A program made the translations under genes and the position numbers. A model generated the notes under the pieces. The model searched no databases. It was given only the letters and a program-made list of their open reading frames with translations, and was not told the origin of the DNA. From assembly GCA_965178125.1 (NCBI GenBank), contig OZ237747.1, positions 248,001 to 312,000 of the forward strand: DNA of 64,000 bases. Direction: 5' to 3'. Shown piece after piece: positions 1-10,800 of this stretch; position 1 is the first letter of the stretch, and every line of letters begins with the position of its first letter. Source of the stretch: Bilabrum cf. latius (Eukaryota).

Positions 1-1
1 T

Positions 2-661
2 ACTGGGGTGCTCCGCAGCCACCAGGTGCTTGGGTTCAACGTGACCAGCGGCCCATGGGAGCTGGACGGGACCCGCAATCCGGACGGATGGCCCTTGTCT
101 CGGCACGACCTCTTCCCCGTGCCTGATGTGTCTGTGCCTCTCGTATGGAGGGCGTGGTAGCCGCAGGGACAGGCACGCGGCGCCGCACTGCCCGCTGCGA
201 GCAGCACTGCGGCGTGCGTCGAGGGCGCGGTAATTGCCATCACGCATGGTGGTCGTGCTGGCGGGGAATCGTGTGCGTTTCTGTGGCCGGCAGGAGTGGA
301 CACAGGGCCGACCATCTCGACCGGGACGGCCAACCGCACCACCGGCCGCATGGACGACGTGCTGGTGCACGTGCACGAGGCCACGGAGGGCTGGGTGCTG
401 CTGGGCGAGCTGGACAAGTTTGTCCCCGCATCTCCTGATCGGGTCACTGGGTATTCCATCACAGCGTCAGGGTGTGGTACTACCACCGGTGCTTCCTTGC
501 GCGCAGGAGCGGACAAGGTGCTGCGCGTGACGGTGCTAGGTTCGGAAGGAGAGGTTGTGAGGATGGTGGCGGCGGCGGCAGGTTCAGATGGGGCGTGGAC
601 GGTGCGGGTGCGGCAAGTGACCTTGCCTGGCTCGGGCACTGCTGAGATTTGCTTTGAGTGA
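2..661 (+). CDS. 3' end of an uncharacterised protein, 5'-truncated by the window edge
   Basis: The frame is open from base 2 to TGA at 659-661 apart from one TAG (158-160). It ends ...GWVLLGELDKFVPASPDRV...AEICFE. Confidence 0.6.
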
Positions 662-1047
662 CTCTGAAACCACCACGGTTGAGACAAACTGATGTGTCCA
701 GCAAGATTTTTGGATCACTGAACGTACGCCACCGTGGACGGCAGGACGTTGCCATCCGGATGGAGGCGTTGCTTGCATTGCAATGAGCTCGCCTCTGATG
801 CGGGCATCTCCACGCCTCTTCCGCCCTACATTGCTTCATGCCACCAGTGTAGCCCCGATCCTCTTGGCATCACTAGGGCCTACAGAGCGCAATACGCTCA
901 GTGAGGCCGAGGATACCGGGGGGTATACCATACCGGGCACCTGACTCACCATCCACCATGCTTGCTCCCACCCACTGCCTTGCTGCCCCACCCCCTCGTC
1001 CCGTGACCCACTCACTCGGCCTGTCCCTCTCTTACTCGCGAACCCGT

Positions 1048-2357
1048 TCACTCGGGATCGGTCGGAATCCGCTTCCTGCGACGAACGCTCCCCGCCCGGC
1101 TGCCTGACTTCCGGCTGCTGCTGGCCCCGGGACCGTCGTTCGTCTGTCGCGGTGGGTCCTCGTCCTCCGTAGAGTCCTCAACCTTCGATGCATGGCCTAC
1201 GTTGGCGTCAGCCTTCTCCCCCTTCTTGCCGCCGAACGGAGGTGGAAGGAACCTCGCCACGATCTTGTCGTACGCGATGGCCCCGAACACGAGCACCACG
1301 CTAGCCCACTGGCTGCTCTTGAGGCCGTGCTTGAACTTGAGGTCCGAGACCACGATCGTCATGAATTTGCGGACCGTGGTGACCGTGGTGAGCAGGAGAG
1401 AGTCGAAGTAGTAGAGCATCGCGAACACGAAGAGCTGTCCGATGGCAGACGCGGCGCTGAAGATCAGCACTGCCTGCAGGACCTGCGGGTGATCCAGCAG
1501 GTACTTGGGGCCCTCGATCAGCTCTCCCTTGACTGCAAGCATCGCGATTGCCGCCAGGGCGCCGAACAAGTTCTGCACGGCCATCAGCTGGCGGTTGCTG
1601 CCAGCGTACTCCTTCAGCACTCGGTCCTGGTTGGGGCCCGTGTACATGTCGCACAGCAGAGAGCCAGCAAGCAAGGACATGCCAATGGCCTCCTGAAGAA
1701 CCGGGCTCATTCCATCCTCGCCTTCTTCTGGGTTTCCAGAGCCTGCCGCCTTCTTCTTCATGCGCAGGAGGTTGAAGGCGGCCACCCCAGCGGCCATCAG
1801 CACGACGCAGACGTACTTGTACGCTGGGTGCGTGCGTCCGTCAAATACTACCTGCCCAATCATGACTGGAATCATCTTGCAGCTCTTTCCTAGAGTTTGC
1901 ACGGGATAGCTCACATACTTGATGGCCTCGTTGGAGCACCACATTGCGAGCATGTACACGGCAGAAATCGGCGCGATCTCTGCGTAAGTGCGAGAATCGA
2001 AACCGTAAATGATTGCAGGACAATCCGTATGCAAAAGAAAAAGCTTTCGGGGTTCGCGGAATCATTCTCACGCTATGCTCCGTCGAGCGACAGAAGGGTT
2101 TTCTGTTTAGACGGCGGCACCTCAGCCTGGCTTTGTTGACTGAAGGCATGGAGCACAAGTTCTACCGCAGATGCCAGGATGAAGCTTACAATTAGCTGAA
2201 CGGCCAGCAGAGTTGACACAGAGCTAAACTTGGTGCCGTCATCCTGCACGACGTAAAGGCCTTCCTACAGAACCCCGTAGACCGAGTACATCCCAATAAT
2301 ACCACCAGCCAAGAGAACAAACAGGAAGAGACCGCCCGTCTTCGACTGCCCAGGCAT
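1048..2357 (-). CDS. SLC35B1: UAA-family nucleotide-sugar (UDP-Gal/ATP-ADP) transporter, SLC35B1-like; intron 1980-2071; 2 in-frame TAG
   Basis: ATG at 2357 gives MPGQSKTGGLFLF...YGVL(TAG)EGLY, matching the family YGxLQE motif. A GTGAG..CGCAG intron joins it to SNEAIKYVSYPVQTLGKSCKMIPVM, TGPNQD and TTVTTVRKFMTI. Ends in TGA. Confidence 0.9.
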
Positions 2358-3072
2358 GGCTACAGCTGTAATCTGCGAAGGAAACTGCATGCAAGGAATA
2401 CACGTGGAGGAGCTATGCTGGCGACAATACACCACCGGCATGCATCTATCGCATGGTCTTGCTGGCCTATACCTGCATTAAGGCATTTCACATCAATGAA
2501 TTGCGGGAGATGCCTACGAACTCACTAGAGTTATCCAACAGTGACTCAAACCTGGCACAGCTTCGATTTTTTTGAACTACAGTGCACTGCACAATTCGTC
2601 AGCTCGTTTTTGTCATTTCATTTGAATTGTTTCTGAGTGCCAGTGGTGGGCAAATCGGAGGAAAGATGCTACCTGCACGATTCAGGCATGCTTTAACACG
2701 GTTCAAGCTGTACGATACGTGCCAGCCACTATCAGAAGGAGAGGCAATGCCTGGTCTCGAGTCTACTCCATGTGTTTGGCCAACCGCAAAGGCATGCTTT
2801 AGCGAATGCCCTGCGAAGCTGAAAGCATATGGAGGAGCTCACTAGTGTCGTTCAGCAGAATTTCAATAGTGTAGGCTATAGATTGAGCAGCCGGCGGGGG
2901 CATGCACCCACCCCACGACCCTCTGAGATCATGCTAGTCGCCCCAGTGGGGGCTGGCGCAGTCGCCGGCACTGCATTCGATCTAGAGGTGGAAGGTGCTT
3001 GCGCCACACTCCACGCATGGAACGGAACCTATTATCCTAGAGATGCTAGATGGCGATCAATTAAATCCTTCT

Positions 3073-3538
3073 TTACGAGGCAAACGCACAAACGCCAATC
3101 TGTCCCAAATAGAAGTAAATGTAGGTAGCCCCCTTGTATGTCACATAGCTGCTGAATTTCCGCCCCACAAATACATGCCAAGTATGGGCTGGGTATGAAT
3201 CCTTGAGGTTCTATCGGATGATAGATGCCATCTCCTGCAACGAGAACGGAAGCGAAACAAACACAGGTGCACTTGTGCAATGCGAGTGTTAGCATTGCAA
3301 CAAATATGCCCAAGCCCGCCAGCTCACCTATTCTGTGAACCCATCATCAACGGCCTTCTTCGCAAAACCTACGGTCGACGCAGCCATATCTTTCTCCATT
3401 GAGCTGCGACGCAAGCAAAAATCGATGCAGCAATTCATCTGTACAATAGGTGCGTTCTCCATGGATTCGCTGTCTTGGGACGCCTCACCATATATTTACA
3501 ACCGCAGTATCAAGCTTAAACCTTTTCTTATCACTCAT
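3073..3538 (-). CDS. Dynein light chain LC8-family protein; introns 3404-3488 and 3235-3327; 2 in-frame TAG; absent from the ORF track
   Basis: The spliced product MSDKKRFKLDTAVVNICSMEKDMAASTVGFAKKAVDDGFTE(Q)EMASIIR(Q)NLKDSYPAHTWHVFVGRKFSSYVTYKGATYIYFYLGQIGVCAFAS matches the LC8 motif WHCIVGRNFGSYVT..FIYFYLGQ. Ends in TAA. Confidence 0.88.
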
Positions 3539-3990
3539 GATGCGGCGAAATTCGTGCGTTTGTACGTGGCTTTCCGTTGCGAAGAAATGCCACTTTCAAA
3601 ATGACACGTTTCAAACCCGCTCCCGAGCCCGAGTGGAATTCTCCGTACCTTCACAGTAGCAGAGATCTTTGAAAGCTCTCGGCAGGCCAGCATAGCAAAT
3701 CCGATAGTTTGTGAGAGTTCGCAGGGTAGAACTGCTCTTTGCACGGTTTGTCAAGGCCCCGTACTTGCTCTCCGAGGCACCTGGTTTACCTTTGGAGGGC
3801 CCATTTTTTGCCGTTTGACTCGTGATTAGCCATTGTCTCGGGAAGACCGAACTAAAAACTAGTCAATTATTGTGTTTCCTCGGCTCGTCAACTCATCGTC
3901 CCTCGAATCAGACTCGGTACGTGGGTCGCACCAGGGATAGATTTGGTTGGACCTCGCTCGCCAGTCTTGCATCGCAGATAATTGCTGAAA

Positions 3991-4782
3991 ATGGCAGGTG
4001 CAAGTGGCGCAGCTGCTGCCGGTGGCTCTGACGCTCAAGATTTTGCAAAAGTGACCCTGCTTGGCAACCCCAGCGTAGGCAAGACGTGCTTGATGAAGAA
4101 GTTCGTATATAGCAAGTGGGATCCTAGTTACAGAGTCACCCTAGGTGCTGACTTTGGCACCAAAGAAGTTACATTGCCGAACGGTAAATCCGTGACGGCG
4201 CAAGTTTGGGACACTGCTGGCCAGGGTGAGGCGCACGCGGCATCCGAACATGGTACAAATGCCTCCTGTACATGCTCTCCGCGATTCGTGAAGCAATACA
4301 GCCAAACGCACTCGCGTTCGTATTCGCATTGAATCTACATCCCATGCTTCGCAGAGCGATTCTATTCCCTTGGCAGCTCGTTCTACCGCAACTCTGACGC
4401 GTGCATGCTTGTGTACGACGTGAAGGACCCGGAGACGCTCAAGAACCTGGGCCGCTGGAAGCAGACCTTCCTCTCCAAGACATCGGGGGACAGGGGACAG
4501 GACGTCATCTTCGTGCTGCTGGGGAACAAGAGCGACCTGCCCACGGACGAGCAGGCGGTCTCGAAGGAGGACGGGGACGCGTGGTGCAGGGAGAACGGGT
4601 GCATCGCGCACTTCCGGGTTAGCGCCAAGTCGGGGGAGAACGTGGACGGCGCCTTCGCCAAGGCTCTGGAGGAGGTGGTCTCGGCTTCTAGGGGGCCCGC
4701 AGTGAGGGGAGACGAGATCCCGGACAAGGTGGTGCTGGATGACCCGGAGCCCGAGCCCCAGGCCAACGGATGCCCCTGCTGA
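3991..4782 (+). CDS. RAB7: Rab7-like small GTPase; intron 4226-4354
   Basis: GNPSVGKT, TLGADF, WDTAGQ|ERFYSLGSSFYRNSD, GNKSD, SAK and C-terminal CPC prenylation motif. Ends in TGA. Confidence 0.85.
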
Positions 4783-5302
4783 TCCGCGGTTCATGATCCG
4801 ATCGTACCGCTGGTCCTAGCGGTGGGCCAAAGAGGGCACCTGCTCGGAGCAGGGGGTCTGGAGGAGGGGGTATGTGTTTGGTTGGGGCCACTGGCACGTT
4901 TGGAACCGGATGAGTGGCCGGGTGGATCGGATGGGTGGATCTGGAGTTGCAGGTGGCCCCGTGGCGGTGGCATGCCTTGGCGCCGATTGCAATGGGCGCG
5001 CCTATTGCGGGATCGGCGACGATTGCGTGAGCCGGAGTGTCGCATTCTCCTCGGTTGGGGCAGGACAGGGTGGAGGGCGCGGCCTTGCTGCCTGGCGAGT
5101 GGCGAGGGGGGTGGGCATGGGACCAACGGGGCCTGGGCTGTCGGGCCAGGACCAGTGGTATGTATCGAATGATAGAACGTATTATTTATTTTCTGTGTTC
5201 TGCATGCTTCTCGTTGTCGTGAGTCTTGCCAGACAATTTGGTCGTCTGGATACACGGAGTCAGCTGCTCTTCTCATACAGACAAGGAACACGCCACGATT
5301 CA

Positions 5303-6148
5303 TCAAGAGGCTTTGTTACCCCCGGTTCCTGTTTGCGCTTCGTGCCTCGCGAGCTGGGTCCGCCAGCTCAGGTGATTGCGAAGTGGCTGCGGCACGCTTC
5401 CGCCTCCCACCACCCTGCTCTCGCCGCCGCGGCCGCCCGGCCTGCCTCTGCCCAATCCATGGTCTTGAGCGTGAGATGCACCCGCGGAAGAACTGCCAAT
5501 CAATCCGGAATCGCTAGGTGCTGCAGCGGCTGAGCTTTGGGCTCCCCCTGATGTACGCCTTTTCTTCGAATCGCTTCCACCTGCCGTGGCAGCGCCTGCT
5601 GGCTCGCCCGGCTTGGAAGTTGCGTTAGAAGCCATTTCATCGCGCCCTCGTTTTCGTCTCTTGCCTCTGTTTTTGGGCTTAACAGAGTTGCTTGCGCGTT
5701 TCTTGGTGGCAGGCGCCGCGTCCTGTGCCTCGCCAGCCCACAAGTCTTTCGTCGGCTCTGGTCCCAGTGAAGCTTGTGCGCTTGATTTTGAATCCTTAAA
5801 CGATATGCTAGCCTTCACCAGGCGATCGGCAGCTGTTTTGTTCAACCGCAGTGCTTGCTGCCTCGCCTTAATTCTCTCGATGCTTGATTCAATCCGTTTC
5901 ATGTATTCCTTGACACGCGCTATGCCTTCTCGAACTGGGTGCTGCTTGACATCCTATTTGTGAAGCTACAGGTACGCGAACAACATGGTTTGCATGGAGA
6001 ATGACAACAATGAAAGCAGCCGAGCCTGCGCTATGCAAGCCTACTGCAACTCCCCACCAGCAGCCTTCTCTATGGCCTCAAAGGATTCAACCAGCGGCCT
6101 TGATAAGAATGGATCCAATTTGTCTTTGATCGCTAGAAACGTCTCCAT
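5303..6148 (-). CDS. C1D: C1D/Rrp47 (Sas10/C1D family) exosome cofactor; 3 in-frame TAG
   Basis: QARLLSLLSFSMQTMLFAYL(Q)LHK(Q)DVKQHPVREGIARVKEYMKRIE...LRLNKTAADRLV resembles the C1D core (HPVxxELxRVxxYM). Basic C-terminal tail; ends in TGA. Start codon uncertain. Confidence 0.75.
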
Positions 6149-6239
6149 GCCTGCTTCTCTGCTTCTGCAAGGAAACAACGCCGCAGTACCCAGCGCTGGC
6201 TGTGACGACCAACCAGCACGCAACCCCCGGAACCACCAT

Positions 6240-7670
6240 TCAGCCCGTGCTCCATGGCGGCTCCTTTATTAGTCTCTCGCCGCGCTCTGGGGATATGTTG
6301 CCGTCCCCCACCCCTTGCTGCACTTCGTGGCTCCACATCTGCTCCCTGTGCATGGCCAGAGGCACGTGCTCCTGCTCCACCATGTCGTCGATATCGTCCG
6401 ACAAAAAGGCCCACACGGGGTCGGACAGAGGCACGAACCGGTCCAGATCTACCCCTTCACCAGCATCAATGCCCATCCCTGGTTCCTGCTCCTCCTCCTC
6501 CGCCTCTGTCCCCACGCATGCATCCAGATACCTCTCTCCGTACACCTCCCGCAGCAGGCCCTCGAGCTCGGGCTTGTCCTCAAGCCGTGCAATGTCGTCA
6601 TGCTCGTTCGATGCCTCTTCTCCCGCCCGGATGCGGCTCCAACTGTCTTGCATCCCCTCGATTGCCTCCAGGTGCTGCCTGCAGGACCTCTCAGTGGCTT
6701 GCAGCCGGGGCATGAACCAAACGTTGGCCGCAGTGGAGCGGCCCACCGGAGACCGCACCGCGTGCATCCACGCGTACGGGATGTATACGCAGTCTCCCGC
6801 CCGCAGGAGCACGTCGTACCACGTCGTCTCCTGCACTCTAGGGAGCGCCTCCAGGTCGACGGCATCCACGTCGATCGTGGACCGCATGCCGTATCCCGCG
6901 TGGTGGCCCGTGTTGTTCACGTGGGACGAGTAGGACGCGTTCATGAGGACGAGCCGCTTCTCACCGGATATGACGCAGTTCAAGTTGTCCTCTCCATCGT
7001 TGTGCAGCACCGACGACGTGTTTCCTGTGGATGACATCCAGAGCGAAGGCTCGCGCAGGTACAGCGAGTAGTGCCGGAGGCCCAGCGGCAGCGACATGTG
7101 CTTCCTTAGGCTTTGGGGAATCGAGTTTATGAGGTAGAATGCACGATTGCCAGCAACCTAGCCAGTGCGTGCGCTCCTTGATCCGAGCTTGCTGCTATCC
7201 TCGTCTCCCAGTGGCTCCAGGCCGGCATCGCGGCGGCTCAGCGTGATGTACTCGAGCAGGCTTCCGTGCACACCTGCGCCGCTCCTGTCCTCCTTCATCT
7301 TGAGCTCTCTGCAATAAATGGAGACATGCTTTTTGTGTACTCGGGATACCAGACAGGTAGCGCAGCTTGTTTGACAGCTGAGAGCGCATGCAAGAGCTCA
7401 CATGTCTACTTTAGCCTCTGCAGCGGCTGTATCTATGATACGAGCATCGGCCCAAAAATCAAATGCAGACCAGTGTGAAACAGCGTCTCGAATGAGAAGG
7501 GGGCGATTCAAGCGGACATACTCGAGGAAAAAGTCCGTCATTGCCGGAAACCCGTGGAGAATCGGCAAGTCTGTAGATGGATTCCTGTGAGCTCCGAGGG
7601 GCTCATGTGCCAGTGCAAGAAGCGACATGTCGTACAAAACCAATAGTATCATTCCAAGCGGGAGGGACAT
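6240..7670 (-). CDS. JmjC/cupin-like 2-oxoglutarate oxygenase with a probable signal peptide; intron 7309-7401; 1 in-frame TAG
   Basis: Hydrophobic N-terminus, FFLEYVRLNRPLLIRDAVSHWSA, metal-binding HxD (LHNDGEDN) and distal His (GDCVYIPYAWMHAV). TAG at 7158-7160; ends in TGA. Confidence 0.8.
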
Positions 7671-7844
7671 GGAGTAATGCTGCCATATGCTTGCTGCACT
7701 GCCGAGCAACGCGGGAGCAGCCAACCCCGGCGGTTGCGACCCCTGTAGGCGAGCAGGTGCCACAGTGCTGCGTGTGCACAGGCTGGGGTGGTGAGTAACC
7801 AAGCAGAATCAAAATATGGCGCTGCAACAAAATAGATACACGTT

Positions 7845-10800
7845 TCAGTAGTCAAAATCGTCCAAGCTATCATCGTCGTCGGGGCGTTCCGTCGTCTTTG
7901 TGGCTTCTTGCGGTCGAGCATCAGCTCCCGCTGTCTCAATGGCCCCACCGCCCTCAATCGCACCCGAAGCAGACGCTTCGAAGTCTGAATCCCCCTCATA
8001 GGCTGAGACCCCGGACAGCTCCAGCCTGGCCGCAGGAGAAGGCAGCTCCATGCGGCCCAGCTGCCCGCCGACGCCGACGAAAGGCTGAGCCGCAGCCCCA
8101 CCGCTCTTCTCGGAACCGCCTGAGGATTCGCTTCCTGGCACCGTGGCCCGCACACCCCTGACTAACTGCTGGGCAGCGGCAGTTCCGATGGACCCGCTCC
8201 CTCCCTGGCTTGCCGCCTTACCCCCTTCCAGTTCCCCGCCTCGGGAGCCAGACCCGGAGTCAGCACCCCCCGAGGCACCACTCTCGCGATCCGACGAATT
8301 TCCGCGACCACTCGGCCCAAACCCGAAGGAGGCCCCCGCTCCCTGCCCCGGCCCGATCCCCCTAACGCCGCCACCACCTCTTACGCCAGGAGGAGAGTCG
8401 TCCAACCCCCTTTCGATCGAGCTCAGTGCGCCCCCGAAGGCAGGGCTGAAGACGGCACCGTCGATGTCCGCCATCTCGTCCTAGATGCCCCCTTCTTCTT
8501 CTTCGTCCTCCCCCGCTCCCCCCATCGGCCTAGCTCCAGTCCCCCCATTGACAGGAGCGCCCTCCCCACCGACTGCAGGCCCACTGGCCCCAGAGCCGCT
8601 GCCCCAATCATCTTCGTTCTCCTCCTCTCGCTCCGACTCCGCCTCAGGGTGCGCCGCGGGATCAAATTCGGAGCCAAAAGACGTGCCCGTTCGCCCGGTG
8701 AAGCTCCGGGTTCCTCTCAACACCGGGCTCTGGGGCTGGCTCTGGCTCTGGCTCCGGCCATGGCTAGAGGAGGCCCCGCCCATCTGCGAGCTGTCCAGCG
8801 AGTCGTAGTCCCGCAGGGGAGACCCTTGTTCCCTGGGCCCCGCCCCGCCCCCGAGGGATGGCCTCTGAAGACGTCCAGTGGAGCTCGCCGCGCGAGAGCG
8901 GTGCATGGGGGAAGATCCCCCGGACACTGCTCCCGACCTGGATCGCGCCCTGCCAGCCGCCGCCAGCCTCGCCATCATCTGCATCCGGGAGCCGTCGCTC
9001 CTCGCACTCCTTGCGCTCCTTGGGCTGTCAATAGACCCACCCGTGGCCCGCGCCCTGGCACCCAGCCCCAGCCCACTGTCCGTCCTCTTGAGCGGAGAAC
9101 CGTCCGAACCCCCCTCCCCCTCCCCCTCCCCCTCGCCCTCGCCCTCGCCCGTCCCAGCCTCCGGGATCGAAGTGGTGGTAGAGGAGGTCAGGGCGCGCCG
9201 GCGGCGGAAGCTCGACAAATCAGGGGGCGAGTCCACGGCCCCGCTCCTCTTGCGGCTCCTGGTGGAGGCCATAGGGGGCGCCCCCTCCGAGGTGGCTTCC
9301 TGGGAATCGCTCCCCGGCGGCGGTGCTTGGCTCCCTCCTGCGCCCGCGCCACTCTGGGCTGCTTCCGAAGAGTTGTCGTCCTAAGGCGATGGGCCGGCTG
9401 CCTGCGTCACGTCTTGCTACTGCTGCTGCTGCTACCCAAACGGCGTGGCAGTATGACCCCAGCCGCTGCTCTAGCTACCAAACCCGCCGCTTCCTCCACT
9501 TCCCCGACCCGTGCCCATGCCCATGCCCATGCCAGTACCACCGAAACCGCTGGAGCCCCCGCTCCCGCCGAACCCACCACTACCTCCGAACCCACCACCC
9601 ATGCCCATACCCACGCTCTTGCCGCCAAATCCACCTCCGAACCCGCCCCCAAATCCACCCCCAAATCCGGTGGAGGGCTAGGACATGCTGCCGGCAGCGG
9701 TAGGCGCAGGTGCCGGAGTCCCAATGCTAGTGCTGGCAGGCGTCAGGTACTCGGCCCCAGAGGACGCCGATGAAGCGGAGGGCACCTGCTAGGCCAAACC
9801 CCGCGCCCCCGCGGATACCTGAGGGGCATGGATGCGCGAGGGCGGGGAAGATGACTTTTTCTTTTCCTAGCTGCCGTCTGCACTGCCGACACTATCTACC
9901 AGCTCTCCCGACAGGTCGATGTCTTCCTCCTCAAGGACCTCGCCCTGGTCCTGGTCCTGGTCCTTGCCATGCTGCTGCTATTGCTCCTCATCCTGGCTGC
10001 CGCTCTCCTCGTTCAGGTCAGCCATAGACACGGGCTGCACCGATGTTCTGGTGGTGCCATCATCACCGCTGCCTTGCTTGAAGCCCTATGGCCGTAATGG
10101 GGAGCCCCCAGCCGAGCCCACACCTGCACCGAACGCCTCCGCTGCAGGCTACCCCAGCCCCAGCCCGGCGCCGTGCACTCCACCATCGCCACCCTCTCCG
10201 TCCACCGACGACGCCACACTCTGCGGCTCGCTCTGCACCGCCACGGCCCCAATCTCTTCGTCCAGCGTGAGAGACACGGGGCCGGTAGGGGGAAACGGAC
10301 GGGCGCCACTGCTGTCCCCCGGCCGGCCCAGAGAGCCAGTACCAGCGGCAGAGCCAGGGCCCGGCGAATGCACCCGGGACTGCCTCGCAACTGGACTCTT
10401 CCGGTAGTCGGCCAGACTGGCAGCTGTGGATTGCCGCGAGAGCACACCCATGGCCTGGCCCACCAGCGCCTCTGCCACTTCTTTCCTCTTGTGCTGCTGC
10501 TGCTTCTGCTGCAGATGCTGGCTGCCGGTACCCCTATGCCGAGACTCATGCACGTCCTCATGCATCTATCGCGGCGTGGACGCGGGGGAAGCGCCGGCTC
10601 GCTGCCACATCCCCTTGCCCCCCGCGCCTCGAGAGGGGGACTGCGCCTCCCTGGCGCTCACCTGCGAGGCAGCTGCCAGCATAGGTGCGCGCCTGTCTCC
10701 GGCGGTCACCGAGACAGTCGGGTGATCCGCGCAGCCCATTCGCCGCCCTGCCTCCGCAGCCGCTGCCGCAGCTTCAGCCTTTGCCTCTGCGAGCATTCGC

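Noticed and set aside
2265-2267. UAG as pyrrolysine, or programmed readthrough at special sites
   Set aside because: TAG is ubiquitous, appears in tandem (52761-52766) and in poly-Q runs, aligns with conserved Gln, and shows no shared downstream context.
2358-3072. Short ORFs 2582-2845 and 2829-3128, or an RNA gene in this gap
   Set aside because: There are no recognisable motifs and no tRNA or rRNA structure that I could identify; treated as intergenic or UTR.
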